A stretch of 63,491 nucleotides of DNA, filler included, from Sphacelaria rigidula (GCA_964200075.2; 5 parts of 5 records of this genome joined end to end with filler, not necessarily neighbours in it), one strand, 5' to 3'. Counted from the first letter of the whole stretch, positions 12,792-25,439 are shown. Program-made: numbers and translations. Notes: generated from the letters alone by a model not told the origin.

Positions 12792-13380
12792 CATCACAGT
12801 ATTTTAGGCAAAGAAAAGCACAGGATGGAAAATTGATCAAGTTCAAGCGAATTATATAGCCCATTCTCAATCAACGAAAACATTGTTTTTATGGTACTAC
12901 TGTCGCGGTGACTAAACAACACGATGTTTATTTTGGGCTCTTGTCTAAATATATATATATTTTGATTTCGATAAGACGGTCTATCATAGAGCGGAAACAA
13001 GGTTCTGCGTACTTCCCGCAAAAGCTTTTTTTGGAAGATGCGGGATTTTTTCCAAGTTTCGTGTTTCATGCTTGATCCTTCGACCGGGAGGGTAGGTCAT
13101 CAGGCCGTGCACTTCCGTTTCGACCTCAATCGATGCTGACTCCTCAGTTGAAATATGCTCCCGGAAAACAACCCCAAGCTTCTAGTCCGCCTTGTTCACC
13201 GCTTGCCCCATTCCTCTTGGACTCGAACATGGTTCGAAATGTGCGGTCGAGTGAGGATGTATCGTATATAATATGTAATTGACTTGACTTCAGTCAACGC
13301 TGGTGGTTGGAGACGACCCCGAACCATAACTACCCCCTGCGATAACCTTTGGCAATCTTTGCAAGAAACTACTTCATTTA

Positions 13381-13593
13381 CCCCCCGCGGTGGTGTGTGT
13401 TGTTATGTGGTGCTTTTCCTGTTATGCCTAGTATATTCGTACGCATAGCTGTCCCTCTAGAGGTACAAAATCAGAACTCTGCGACTCGTATCGCTTTGGC
13501 TGGTGAACGTGGCTCTCGAGTTTGGCTCCCTTCCTGTTTGGCCTGGCGTGTTGAGTGGACCAATGAACCCTGGTTTCTCCAGTAGCCCGAATG
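13381..13593. repeat. Dispersed repeat (probable non-LTR retroelement 3' end)
   Basis: Close match to 23413-23623 (cctgttatgcctagtatattcgtacgca...ctctcgagtttggctccc). Confidence 0.8.
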
Positions 13594-13947
13594 AACAAAA
13601 AATGACAAGTCTGGGAGGCCTCACGAGGTGAGCATGTTTGCTTCAGCTCCTTTCTTCATCTATCCAGGCAACCTCATCGGATGCCGGCCAAGCTCACATA
13701 CCTGTATGCACCCGAGTTGGGGCATCATTTCATCCCTCGATAATGCCTGGACTACGGGTATGTACTAGAGACACGACATGGAACGCGAGCCCATAGAACA
13801 TTTTCGTGATAGCAAGAGTAGTAGCTTTCACCATTCGCTTGAACTTGGCCATTTTTTTTCTTCGCTTGTGCTCTTCTTTTCCAGTGTCACTGGCGTATTC
13901 TTTTAGCCACACGTTTCCTACCCCGAGACATGAATGTCTCCAATGCG

Positions 13948-14042
13948 CCAAGCTACTACAGGAAGATAAAGGACCTCGTTGAGGGGCATTTTGGAACTGA
14001 AACGATGTTTCTCCATCATTTGACCGCTTCTCACTCTCAATT
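13948..14042 (+). repeat. Dispersed repeat D fragment
   Basis: caagctactacag...gaggggcattttggaactgaaacgat matches about 62938-63030. Confidence 0.7.
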
Positions 14043-15517
14043 TCCTGTTTGCAAGTGTCATCACGGTGAGTGATTTTTTTCATCCGAAGATGATCTTGGG
14101 GGGTGGGGCGGCATGTCCAACATCTCAACGATCTCCATGCCAAGGTGATGGGTTTCAATTTACCACATCTATAATCCATCCGTCCAGCGCACAGCACAAA
14201 AAAGTACTAGGGCGGGGGAGAGGAGACCGGTTGTGGCTTTTTTGGTCTCAGTCAAGGTTGGAAATTCGTTTCCGTTTCAGAACGTCACACAACATCTAGA
14301 GTTGGGTGACGGCCTCATCATGGATGATCGCTATAATTTCCCGTCAAATTATCGACAACAGTTGGTGAGCCTGGAACAAGAGTGGAGTCTGCATTCTTTT
14401 TAATTTCATGCCTTGCCGGCAATTTTTTGTTTGCACTCGGAAAATATATTTTCTCTCGCATTTTGGTCCACATGCCGATCCAGCAACATCGGCAAAAACG
14501 ACCCAACACACCAGTCGAGTAAAGAAGTCAACCAAGACGACAGATTATGAGTGTTCCCAACAAGCGTTTTGAAACGCCCTTGTTGTGCCGTCCTAGAAAC
14601 ACGTCATGTCACGATATTCACATCAAGCGAGTAAAACCCGCCTGTACTACTAAAGCGGTTGCTCACACGACAATACAAGCAACCGTAACCATACATCTCT
14701 TTTCGTTTTTGCCAAACTAATCGTACTTGCAACGGGTCACTCAGGCATACTCTTTCCGTCGCCAATAAAAACAACGCATGAAGCTAGGCGAAAAAAGTCT
14801 CCAGTAGATCATCGAAGAAAAGCTCGCACCATATCTGTCCCGACACCCCTCGGAAAATAGTGAGGAACACGTTTCTTTGACCGGCAGCACCGCAGGCTGC
14901 GTACGACACACATTTAGGGACAGATAGAACAACCTGGACAGCATCATCATGTCTTCCTCGGACACTGGCTGCAGTATTGTCCAGAAAGTGTAACGTGGAG
15001 TGGTGACACACTTCATGCCGACGCTTCGGCACCGCAACATGAAACCCCAGCATATCGCGCGTCCGCTATGTTCGACTCGTTTCCCCCGCAACAGCGAGAT
15101 ACACAGTTCCCCCACTGTTTCCTGCCATACTGATTCCATCCCACCATGTATGGGTCTTGAACTATCCCGCGTTTTTTCGCTATACTCATTCCTTCCCTTC
15201 ACATCACTCTGTTCACAGTTACTTTACCCGCAAAAACCAGCGGAAACAGCATCCAACATCCCATGATAATCGCTCATAGGGTACCGTTCAGTTGATTGCG
15301 ACGTAGCGCAACTGTAGTGGAAGCCCAGACCAACTGGAGAGCCAAGGCATGTGGTTCTGATCTGCACTCTTGTTGTTTCCGTCGTTGATATATATCGAGG
15401 GCTGGGGGGACCGGATGAAATAAGACCAGTACACACCCCGGAGCAACCTATGGGGGCTACGACCAAGGTAAACGTTTTTTTCCGCTTTGCCTTAGACTCA
15501 AAATATTGAAACAAAAA

Positions 15518-15644
15518 TCAGTCTGACTCCTCCTCAGACTCCTCTTCCTCGTCATCTTCTTCGTCTTCTTCTTCCTCTTCCTCCTCTTCAGACTCCTCCT
15601 CCTCTTCCTTCTTTTTCTTGTACGCTATCATCTCCCGTTGGTAC
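15518..15644 (-). CDS. HMGB: HMGB exon 5 (end of helix III and acidic tail)
   Basis: Acceptor cttcag|G TAC CAA CGG, branch-point-like TACTGAC upstream, TGA at 15518-15520. Confidence 0.9.
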
Positions 15645-18600
15645 CTGAAGTTTGATTGTCAGTAGCGGAAACAAGGTTCAAGCCGCACGTGGGACGTTGG
15701 TACCTGAAGCTGGGTCAAGGTAAAAACCAAGTTTTACGCCCCCGCGATATCTCACGCGTTTTTTTTCAAGCCAGACCCCCGGAATATCACACCGCCTCCT
15801 GGGACCCTCGGCTATCTGGCGAAATACAGAGTTTGAAAATATCCCTTTGGACGACGTGTGCGAAATTTTAGGGTTTAGTTTGAACAATTCACGTGTGTGT
15901 TGGCGTGTCTATTTGTACGCGGAGTCCCCCCTCATAACTTCATCATAGTGTGCTACCGAGCTTTTCTTGTGCGTTTAGTAGGGTTGCATCAACTCCATAT
16001 GATGTTCCCGGGGGTCTCGACGCTAGGGTGCCGTGACGCTAGTAGAGAGCGGATAAAATCGGAACTTTCGTACGACAGGTGGGTATAGGGGGAATCGTCA
16101 AGAGGCGTTTCCCGTATTTGACGCATATCATCAATGGAAATTCGAGACACATGCAGGTCTACCCTACACCAGGTATATGTGTAGTTTTCGTCCCTCTTTA
16201 ATTTTTCGGATGCCGAGAATCTGGAAGAAATTGAACATTGAAACATGCGAAACTGTGAACCCTCGCCCTTCCTCGAGAAGAGTCCGTGACCTCAAGGGAT
16301 TTGACCATCCTCGCGGATTGGGTCAGCACTCCCGCAGCGCGTCAACTCTCGTCGAACAGACTCAGTCGACTGCATTTTCTTCACTCACGGAATTACGCTT
16401 TCGACGGTGGAAATTAGATACTTCGAAGAAACAACCCAGAGCATCTGGCGAGAATCGCACCTACAATTTCTCCACCCCAATGATGACGGTCGGACCGTGA
16501 GTCCACCGGGGCGCGGCATACGATCACACAAAACTAAACCATTTACGAGCTGGGCCCATTTATCCGTCAGTATTTGGAGTTGGACCCTGAAATTTGGTAT
16601 GGACAACACAGGGCATAATGACGGCAGATACCAGTGCACACAAGTTTTTTCCCCCTCCTTCTCCCCCATTTTCTTGAAGAGTAAGGAGCATTTTACTGCA
16701 ACCTGAAAACTGATCATTGCCCGTGACTCATGATTAAAAAAAACTGTGTGCACTGTTGGTTGTTTTCATTATGCCTCATTCATTGTCCAGACCAAACTTC
16801 AGGGTCCAACTCAGAATATTAGCTGATAAATGGGACGTTCTGTGTGACGGGGTCTGAAGAAATTCCAAACAGTATCTTGTGGACCATTTACGGACTAGGG
16901 CAAAATTGACGAAACAAAGTCGGTCCTTTTTTTCTTTTCTGGTTCGGGACGTTTTGTTATGAAAACGACATTATTTTCACGAGAGCGCCCGAACCTCTTC
17001 CCCCTCCCAACTGTTATTACGAATGAGGTAAAGGTGAGGGCATCTATCGTCTCCCCGCACTCCAGGGAATCTCAACACCAACATTCGTCATCCGCTGAAT
17101 GCATCGATCGGGGGTTTCATAGATATTTTAGTATGGACGCTATCTCCGTTTGGTATATGGATTACTACACATGAGGTTCAACCAACGAGAGGATATTGGC
17201 CCAAACGTGAGAGCAGATGGGCACCCCCCCTTAGTTAGATGATTGATACAATGTGCGGATCATGGCCCAACTCGTCTGTGTCGACGAGATATCGCTTTGA
17301 GAGCTTAAATCCGTATCTACGCTGGCCCAACGCGTATAAACCACGAGAGTTTTCGCGAAGGGTGTACGGCACAGCGGACGTGGGGGGAGATTTTTATAGC
17401 GAAATATGGAATTTCAACCGATCAGAGGCCCTGGACTGAGGGATCGGCGGGATCTAGTAGCACCAATGAAACTCGACCTTCGTAGTGAATCATGTGATAA
17501 AAAAAGCTTGTGTTGGCTCGCACACTCGTATCACACTTGTGATGTTCGAATTACAGTACAGGAGTGAACAGTGGCGCCGGAACGCATAGAGGCAGAAGAT
17601 TCAAGCTGCAGGCAGACAAGCAGACAGCGAGTGGTACATGGCCGCCCCAGGGGGTGGTTGCGATTCTCGTGTGTCGGTAGCTCATGTTCGGTATCGTGCA
17701 TATGATTGGTGTGGGGAACCTGGATTTTTCAACAGACAGTACAGTGTGTAGACGGCACTGCGTCCCGACTGATACAATATTTTACTGAGACGAACACAAC
17801 AATACAGCAGCTCAGGCAATCTCAGCGGAAACCAAATCGTCTTCGCAAGGCCTGATCACACCACTCAATAGTAAAGCTCGGAAATATTTTGACGAGTTGA
17901 ATGGTTGCGCGTAGCGCACTCGTTGACCAGTCAAGTGGTGCATAGTGGTTTAGTCATCGAGCGGCGCAGCCGCGAGCCTCAAAGTCCCTTCCGGCTGAGG
18001 GGGCCTCGCCGGGGGCACGTTTTTACGCGATTTGGCTTCACTAGACTGAAAAATACCATACGTCGGACGAGCACGAGTGGCACTCGCACTCGAGTCTTTG
18101 CTGTAGATGTTGCAGCCAAGTGTGAATTCGCCCTAGGTGGCGCACGCAAGAGTATTAGGTCGCCTCTTCCGTCATAATTCCTGCCTGTATCTTGAGCGGA
18201 GCTGTATGGTAGCACAGCCGCTATGGTACGCACGCCGGCTGTAACAATTCATACCGCAAGGAGATTTCTACAGTCTTGAAGTCATACTGCGCGCAGTTCC
18301 CACTTTTGTACAAGTACTGTGCACGTCGCGGAAGGCAAAAGCTCCTATACTGTGCACAGTACATGTTTTTTATATTGTTTACGAGTACTGACTGTAGAAG
18401 GCTCTTGTCTCGGGTGTAATACATTTCCATACATATCAGACGGTGAGATCGTCAAATAATCCACAGCACATGGCCAAGTGGAGGTGAGGTAATCACAGAA
18501 ATATTCCATACGTCGGACAAGCACGAGTGTTACTCGTGGCACTCGCACTCGTTGGGCTGCTCGTTGTGCAAAAAATTAATAGGGCGAGCACTCGAGTCAT

Positions 18601-21600
18601 TGCTCGTTGTACAAAAAATGAAAAGGGCGAGCAGTCGGGTCATCGCTCGTTGTGCAAAAAATGAATAGGTCAAGCACTCGAGTCATCGCTCGTTGTGCAA
18701 AATAGGTGATGGCTTGAGTATACGAGTCATTGCTCGTTGCATCAAAGAGTAATGACTCGAGCGCATGAGTCATGCTCGTTGTGTTTCCGAAAAACATCCA
18801 CGAGTGCACTCGTCTCGACGAGTGATGACTCGTCCGACGTCTGGAAAATACGTTCAATTTGGGCCAAGTTTCAAGGACTACGTGGTCGGTAACGGTAAAT
18901 AACGGTTTGAAACCACCACCCAATTTCTTCATTTCACTTTCACCATTATTACCATTGTACTGGTGATGACCACTTATAACTGGTACCATTTCCAAGCTCT
19001 ACGAAACAGTCAACAGACAGCAATGGGTAGACAGCACTGCGTGCCGACAAACATGAGTTTCCTAATTTTTTTTGAAAGACAAGCAGAGACAGTAAGGCAG
19101 CTGACGCAATCCCAGCGGAGAGATCGAATCGTTTTTGCAAAGGTCCGAGCACAGCACAGCGCAGTGACGGCTACAGCGCATGAGAGAGGGCGTGAGAGTG
19201 TTTGTGCTACAGCACGGTGAAACAGCACCTCCCCCATGTGATAGTTTTCCCCCTAAATTTTTGCCGAGTGCCGACTTTAAAACGCTCGGCCATGATTGCG
19301 CTTCGCGCGAAAATCTTTCATTTCACCTCGAGTTACCTTCGTCTGTCGGAGGTGAGCCCATAATTGCGCTTCGCGCAAATAATTTGAATCACGACAAAAT
19401 CATCTCCATGTTTGGATCCTGTGCCGAGTGTACAGCCCGTCACTGTACCATGGCTTCGTCAGAACCCCTCTTACCACAAGAGTGTGGTATGAGAGTCCAA
19501 CTTTTTTTCACCTACTCCTATTTCGGCTCGTTCTGGACGGGGAGTGTCGAATCAAACTGGAATAAGCATGTTTCAGAATTCTTTCGCATAGCAGTTGTTG
19601 CGACAAGGAACAAATTCAGTCGTTTGTGGTGCGTCGGGCATTTATACCGCCTACAAACCTTCAAGTGCAGACTTGCGCGCTTTCAACGCTGGACGATACC
19701 CCACAGCGAATCGCGCATCTCTGCACTTATCAGGTTCAACAGCCGAGGGCCTGGCACTGCTCGTACTACTGAGAACAACACTTCACGGTGCACCATAAGG
19801 AGCATGGGTGATTCCTCCTGGTTACGAGTTTTGAGGCCTAGATTCCAAGACAGATGAGAAGGCCCTCCAGTAGGGAACAACAAGTACCCCATGCATGATC
19901 GTATCTCTTCAACACATCTTACGGTCATCTTCAAGAAAGCTGAAGCCATCATGGTGAATACCGGGGGGGGGGGTATTATATTCCGCATTGCCCACGGCAT
20001 GTAGGGTACACACGTGAGAGAAAAACGCAGTACAGGGCAATAAAAATAAATAAATACTCCGTAGTAATTAGTGGTACGTTGACGGCCGAAGCCGCCCACA
20101 GTCGTGCGTGCGAGTGCGGCACATCGGTCACATGGACAAAATGCCGTACATGGTGCATGTCAGGTTCACAGCGTGCCAACGCCACTTGCCTCTCTTTGTC
20201 TGCTGCTGCCTTTTTGTTGAAGGGCTTCTTCGCACTCTCATCCATCGTTCTCCACAACTGTCCAAGCACTTTGCTGATCTCTGTGATCTTCATATCTGGG
20301 TTTTCTTGTTGGACCTGATACAAGCCAAGACGGTATCGCACAACGAACGACGAACCGTCACCACCTCGCTGTAAATGAGTGAACAGTCCCGACACATTGG
20401 AGCCCACGCTGTGCAGTATAACTGTGCAGTACAGTACCGTGCGCCTCGTTGGGTAGTGAGGTGTACCGCGACTAGAGCATGCGCGGTTTTAAACCGAGAG
20501 AGGGGGCGAGCGATATCGTAGACTACAGACTGTAGTGAAAGTGATGACACGACAGAGACGGGATTGTCTGTGCGTGTACTGTGTGCTGTACACAAGAAAA
20601 AAAAACCCAGTCCCAGTGGGAATTTTTTGTGCTGGTCGTGTGAGATGATCGACTACAGACTATCGACCTTGAGCGGCAGGATTCAAATTCAAATTTGGCG
20701 GAGGGGGATCTTTCCGCATAGCCAAAGACACCAACGTAAACGCGACCCCACGCGAAAGCCGCACACCCGACCTTCCCTCACTACCGCTGTCGCAACTTCT
20801 GATCCAGAAAACCCATCAGCATCAAATGAATGAAAACAAGGGCTTGCAGGAGAGGCGGGAATAGCATATTTCCCCCGAAGACCCCACGTGGACCAAAAAA
20901 GCACCGGCATGATGCTGTACAAGAAGTATCCAGAATATACGCCCTCACATGTTTGAAACAAGCAGAGATCGGGCTTCACAGTCATCCCATCTCTGAAGAC
21001 ATAGCGATATCATGAGGAGTTCTCTCGCGGGCCCAGTACACCTAATTCATCGTTTAGCGCATCCATCCGCCACGTCGCTCGAGCGTTCACTGTTGCACGT
21101 TTAGACTCGGTACCGACTGTTCTGAACTTGAAAATCCCGTTGAAAAGCCAAGTGTTACAAACAACAGAAATGGCAACAGGCCTAGAAAACCACCCACGCA
21201 CCCGAGGTCGCTCTGCCTGAGAGAACTGCATGAAGCCTGATGATGCGCCCTTGGGTGCATTGGGGTCTTTCTTCGCCCTCTTCTTTTTGACCACTTTCAC
21301 TGGTGCGCTCTTCTTTGCAGACTGTTTAGTTGCGATGAAAGACACGACGGAGCACACAACGACGGGATTTCGAGAGATGGAATATTCAGTTTTACATCAT
21401 CTTGGTTTTTATGTACACTTGAAAAGTGTGGGGCAGGAAACAGCCGTTATGGTGCCTGCCTGAGTGGCAGAGACATCCTGAAGGGCGGCCGGCAGACACG
21501 ACAGAAAAATGAATGCAGCGACCTTTGAGTTGTGTCTCTGTAGTGCATGCTACAAAAATGGGGAAGAATGCTGCTAGAGTACCTCAGCATTTCAAAATGC

Positions 21601-22331
21601 AGTGAGAATGTCGACCGTAACTCTATTATCAACGCCGTACCAGGGAGCCCGAGCCACGAGCAGGTGTGTTACACAAACTTGTATGCATCACCTCTTGTGC
21701 TGTTGTGCGAGATTTTTTTTGTTTTTGGGGTGATGAGGAAAAGAGTTTTTCCGAGAGCAAGAGAGAAAACACGACGCTTTCACACACCTTGACGGCAAAA
21801 CCGTGCTCGACGCACCTTCTTGCTGTTTTTCTTGGCGGGCTATCGCATACCAACAGGATCCCGGCGGAGCGAAGAGACATGCAAGAGATCCACGGTCAAC
21901 GCGGGCGAAAAGCAGAGTTGATCAGATCTTGGGAGACAGGCCGTGTACTCATGACTGTGTGATTTGAAGCGACTGAAAAAGCCCTTCAAAAAAACACACA
22001 CGTGATCTCTGCTGCAGGGCAAATATTCCCAAGAGACCCCCAACAGGGGGAACACACAAGGCAAAGGGCGTGGATCCGAGCTGCCGCCTATTGAGGCAGT
22101 TGACTCGATTGCAGTGCACCCACTCGCTCAAGCACCCCAACAGACGCAGTGCCAACAATTCAACTCAGTCCAATTTTATTCCAAAATAAAAAGACCACTT
22201 TGGCGCGCCACGGGCGCGGCCGAGTTTTTTCGAGCAAACTACACCGGGACATAGCTCTGGATTCTCCCCAGTGTTTTTCGTGCGGCAGATGATACACATC
22301 ATGGTGATAGGTGGTGGCTCACCTTGGCCAT
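15518..22331 (-). CDS. HMGB: Single HMG-box chromatin protein (HMGB/NHP6-like; basic N-terminus, acidic tail), 5 coding exons, 134 aa
   Basis: join(22323-22331, 21816-21839, 21202-21321, 20190-20314, 15518-15644) translates to MAKPAKKNSKKSAKKSAPVKVVKKKRAKKDPNAPKGASSGFMQFSQAERPRVQQENPDMKITEISKVLGQLWRTMDESAKKPFNKKAAADKERYQREMIAYKKKKEEEEESEEEEEEEEDEEDDEEEESEEESD*. All splice phases are compatible; KDPNAPK is the HMGB-type box signature. Confidence 0.9.
16524..16847. mobile_element. Foldback MITE in HMGB intron 4
   Basis: Imperfect inverted arms over 100 bp (cccatttatc...gagttggaccctgaaatttggtatggacaa / ttgtccagaccaaacttcagggtccaactc...gataaatggg); termini tcacaca/tgtgtga. Confidence 0.75.
18100..18503 (-). 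repeat. Dispersed repeat C
   Basis: Reverse complement of 29372-29768 over about 400 bp. Confidence 0.85.
18504..18846. mobile_element. MITE with internal about 42-bp tandem array
   Basis: TIRs ttccatacgtcggac / gtccgacgtctggaa, flanked on both sides by AATA; 5-6 units of gctcgttgtgcaaaaaatgaatagggcgagcactcgagtcat. A partial extra left end lies at about 18054-18097. Confidence 0.75.
20190..20314 (-). CDS. HMGB: HMGB exon 4 (HMG-box helices II-III)
   Basis: tatcag|GTC CAA CAA GAA...GAG AG|GCAAGT; reads VQQENPDMKITEISKVLGQLWRTMDESAKKPFNKKAAADKER. Confidence 0.92.
21202..21321 (-). CDS. HMGB: HMGB exon 3 (basic region and helix I)
   Basis: aaacag|TCT GCA AAG...CCT CGG|GTGCGT; reads SAKKSAPVKVVKKKRAKKDPNAPKGASSGFMQFSQAERPR. 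Confidence 0.92.
21816..21839 (-). CDS. HMGB: HMGB exon 2 (24-nt micro-exon, PAKKNSKK)
   Basis: gatag|CCC GCC AAG AAA AAC AGC AAG AAG|GTGCGT; phase 0/0 and Lys-rich like its neighbours. Confidence 0.65.
22323..22331 (-). CDS. HMGB: HMGB exon 1 coding part (MAK)
   Basis: cacaacaATG GCC AAG|GTGAGC: good start context and a strong donor. Confidence 0.7.
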
Positions 22332-22649
22332 TGTTGTGCGAGGTCGAAGCTATCTGTCGGGAATACAAATGTTCCTAGTGTGATGACCCAGGAGGAAAGG
22401 ATGGAGATCCGAGGTGTCGTTTGCTGGGATCGCTGTGTGAGGGGTGGCGCGTCAAGGCGCACCAGTTTTCTTTCGTCCAAGAAAACAATAAAAACCAAGA
22501 TAAAAACCTTGTAGAAACACATGACCGCCCACATGATGGTTCATGACACCGTCTGATAAATGGAAAATGACTATGTGTGGTTGTCTAAACTTACCTGATT
22601 TAAATTTTCAAAAATTTAAATTGAAGGGCGTGCATCAAAACGTTTTCCC

Positions 22650-23270
22650 GAAAGCCTTCAACCCACCAGAAGCACCATGGGAACTCCAAGTCGGACTGCT
22701 GAACGTAGAGGCGATGGAGGCCCTCATGTGTGAATGCATGACGTGGGCCTCGCGTATCGAGCACTATCGGTTGCTGAGGATGGTACACTGCCGGCTCCTT
22801 CTACGAGTTATCGGGTACGACGAAGTGCATGACACATACCGACAGTTGTCATACGGCCAGGCCCTCAAGAAGACGGTTGCGAAGTGCTGAAGCCATCGTC
22901 TGGCAACGGCGAGTGCTGTTCGCGTGAGCCCTGGCTAGACAACCGGACGGACGACTCCCGAAGCGGCTGACATTTGGAACACTCGTGGGGGGGGGGGGGG
23001 GAGTCCAGGACCAGGGTGCCCGGAGCAAAACTGGCTGAAGTGTGCGGGACGATTTTTAAGCTTTCGGAGCCACGAACGGCTCTACGGACGACGACCGACA
23101 GACGTTCAGAGTTGAAATAAGTGCCCTCTGGCCTTGAGCAGCGAAGAGGGAAGGGGGGAAACCATGGCACGCGGGGGTGTTGCAGGGAGCGCAGAGGTCC
23201 ATGAACTCTTGGCAGAAGATCGAGGAAGAGGCCAGCCGACGACGTGCGATTAAACGGGAGATCTGAGGAG
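22650..23270 (+). mobile_element. 5'-truncated RTE-like LINE, ORF2 C-terminus
   Basis: APWELQVGLLNVEAMEALMCECMTW...HYRLLRMVHCRLLLRVIGY, RQLSYGQALKKT, ARQPDGRLPKRLTFGTL: the post-RT region of RTE elements, with frameshifts. Confidence 0.8.
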
Positions 23271-23374
23271 AGGAGGGAGGAAATGGAAGAATGCGTAACT
23301 AGCTTGTAACGAACTGAAAATGTCGGAAGTGGCAGGACCCCTACAGTAGTATCATCTCCCCTTGTATTCTGTAT

Positions 23375-23623
23375 TCTTCTTCTTCTACTGGCTGCTGACC
23401 CCACTGCACCCATCCCCACGAGGTGGTGTGTGTAGTTATTTGGTGCTCTTCCTGTTATGCCTAGTATATTCGTACGCACAGCTGTCCCTCTAGAGGTACA
23501 AGGTTAGAACCCTGCGACTCGTATCGCTTTGGCTGATGATCGTGGCTCTCGAGTTTGGCTCCCTTCCCGTTTGGCCTCGCGTGTCAAGCGGGCCGATGGG
23601 CGCTGCCTCCAGTAGCGCGAATG
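23375..23623 (-). repeat. Dispersed repeat ending in a (GAA)n tail (probable non-LTR 3' end)
   Basis: Matches 13381-13593; on the minus strand it ends ...cagcagccagtagaagaagaagaa. Confidence 0.7.
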
Positions 23624-23681
23624 GTCGCACATGACATCGGAACTTGGAGGGCTAGCAGCTAGCAGTAGTCCTTTTTCGTCG

Positions 23682-23696
23682 TATTATTATTATTAA

Positions 23697-23753
<57 letters not shown>

Positions 23754-24022
23754 TATTATTAATATTATTAATATTATTAATATTATTATTATTATTAATA
23801 TTATTAATATTATTATTAATAATATTAATAAATATTATTAATATTATTAATATTATTAATATTGATATTGATATTGATATTGATATTATTATTATTATTA
23901 ATATGATTATTATTATTATTATTATTATTATTATTTTTAATAATAATAATAAATTTAATAATAATAATTAATATTAATTAATATTATTATTAATTAATAT
24001 TAATATTATTATTATTATTATT
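23682..24022. repeat. (TAT/TAA)n compound microsatellite
   Basis: About 340 bp of almost pure A/T. Confidence 0.97.
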
Positions 24023-24369
24023 TAGGATTTTCATTTCATTTGCTTTTTATTCCTTTTGTATCGCATATGTGTGAATTGTTTCTTCGATTTATTTCATGAT
24101 ATATCTTTCACCCTACAACTGTAGCTTGCGGTAGAACCCGTAGTTAGCCTGTGACCACGGAAGGCGTCCGCATCATCAGATGCCCAGTGCAGAGTACTCC
24201 GCAGATATCGGGACTTTTTTTCTTAATGTGAAGACAACAACAACAACAATAACAATAACAACAAGCAGAGCAAAATCCTCGTTTTGCTTCGCCTCATTCA
24301 TCATCTCCGATACCAGGGGGCAGCGCGGAAAAAAAATCGCACACGTAGGCCCCCCCCCATCCCCCTCCC

Positions 24370-25185
24370 AGAGGGCATTTTTTCGAAAATTGTCATGATT
24401 TTTTCGTTTTTTTTCTTGTCTAGTTTGTCGCAAGGAATTGATCAATAAGCACTGTGTTTTGACGTTTTCTGTCAATATTTTTACAAGAAATTGATCAATG
24501 AATGCTGACAAAAACCGAAAAGTCTGGTGGGCTTCGTGGGGTTCGTATATCTGCTTCTGCTCCTTGCCCATTCTGTCCCGATGACCTCAGATGCCGAAGG
24601 GCATTTTTCGACAATTAACCCTCGGACCGCGAGGTTAGTCTTCTGTTGAATCGGCATCAATTTCAAGTGAAAAAAAGTATGCATGATCCAGAAAGATGAA
24701 TTTCGCCGTCTAAGGGTTAACGATGTCCTGATTTTTTTTACATTTTCTGTTAACTTTGTTGCAAGAAATTGACAATTAACTTTGACAAAATCCGAGAAGT
24801 TTGGCGGGCTTTCCGGGTTGTGTGTTTGCTTCTTCTCCTTTACACATATATATTCTAATATGAGTATCATATGTAATATATATCATATAGTATATTTTAT
24901 ATATGATATTTCATATATTATATTTCACATATTCTATTCATATATTACGTTTCATATACTATATTTCATAGATTATATATCATATAATATATAGGTATAT
25001 AGGTCTATATTATACAAATGCTTCTTCTCCTCAATATATACTTTATTATTTATATATTATAAACAATATACTGTATAAGTATATATAAATGAATATCTAT
25101 CAAGGGGCAGTATATACTATATTATATAATTATATATTAATATAGCATATAGCTTTCCGGGTTGCGTGTTTGCTTCTGCTCCTTT
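24370..25185. repeat. Degenerate tandem repeat interrupted by AT-rich low-complexity DNA
   Basis: A gctt(t)c.gggtt..tgcttct.ctcctt-like motif recurs near 24530, 24808 and 25152; AT-rich block at 24845-25150. Confidence 0.55.
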
Positions 25186-25339
25186 AGGCCGGATATTATG
25201 GCAACAGATCTTCGGCCCCCGATCTTCAAAATTCGTGTGACACCCATGTTATGGGTACAGATTTATCGAAATTTTGGGTGAAAAAATCCGTGGCCAAGAT
25301 TCGGGGCCCGAGTCCCACCGAATTTTGGGCAAACTGGCG

Positions 25340-25439
25340 NNNNNNNNNNNNNNNNNNNNNNNNNNNNNNNNNNNNNNNNNNNNTTAATTAATTAANNNNN
25401 NNNNNNNNNNNNNNNNNNNNNNNNNNNNNNNNNNNNNNN
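25340..25439. other. Artificial contig linker
   Basis: N44-TTAATTAATTAA-N44. Confidence 0.97.

Noticed and set aside
15518..22331. HMG-box gene as an algal sex-determining factor or as the SSRP1 3' end
   Set aside because: The KDPNAPK box with an acidic tail is HMGB-type, not SOX/MATA-type. A good ATG exon lies just upstream and no SSRP1 domains are visible.
13381..23623. Direct repeats flanking HMGB as the ends of a composite element
   Set aside because: The copies are diverged fragments of a dispersed repeat, without LTR or TIR hallmarks or a shared TSD.
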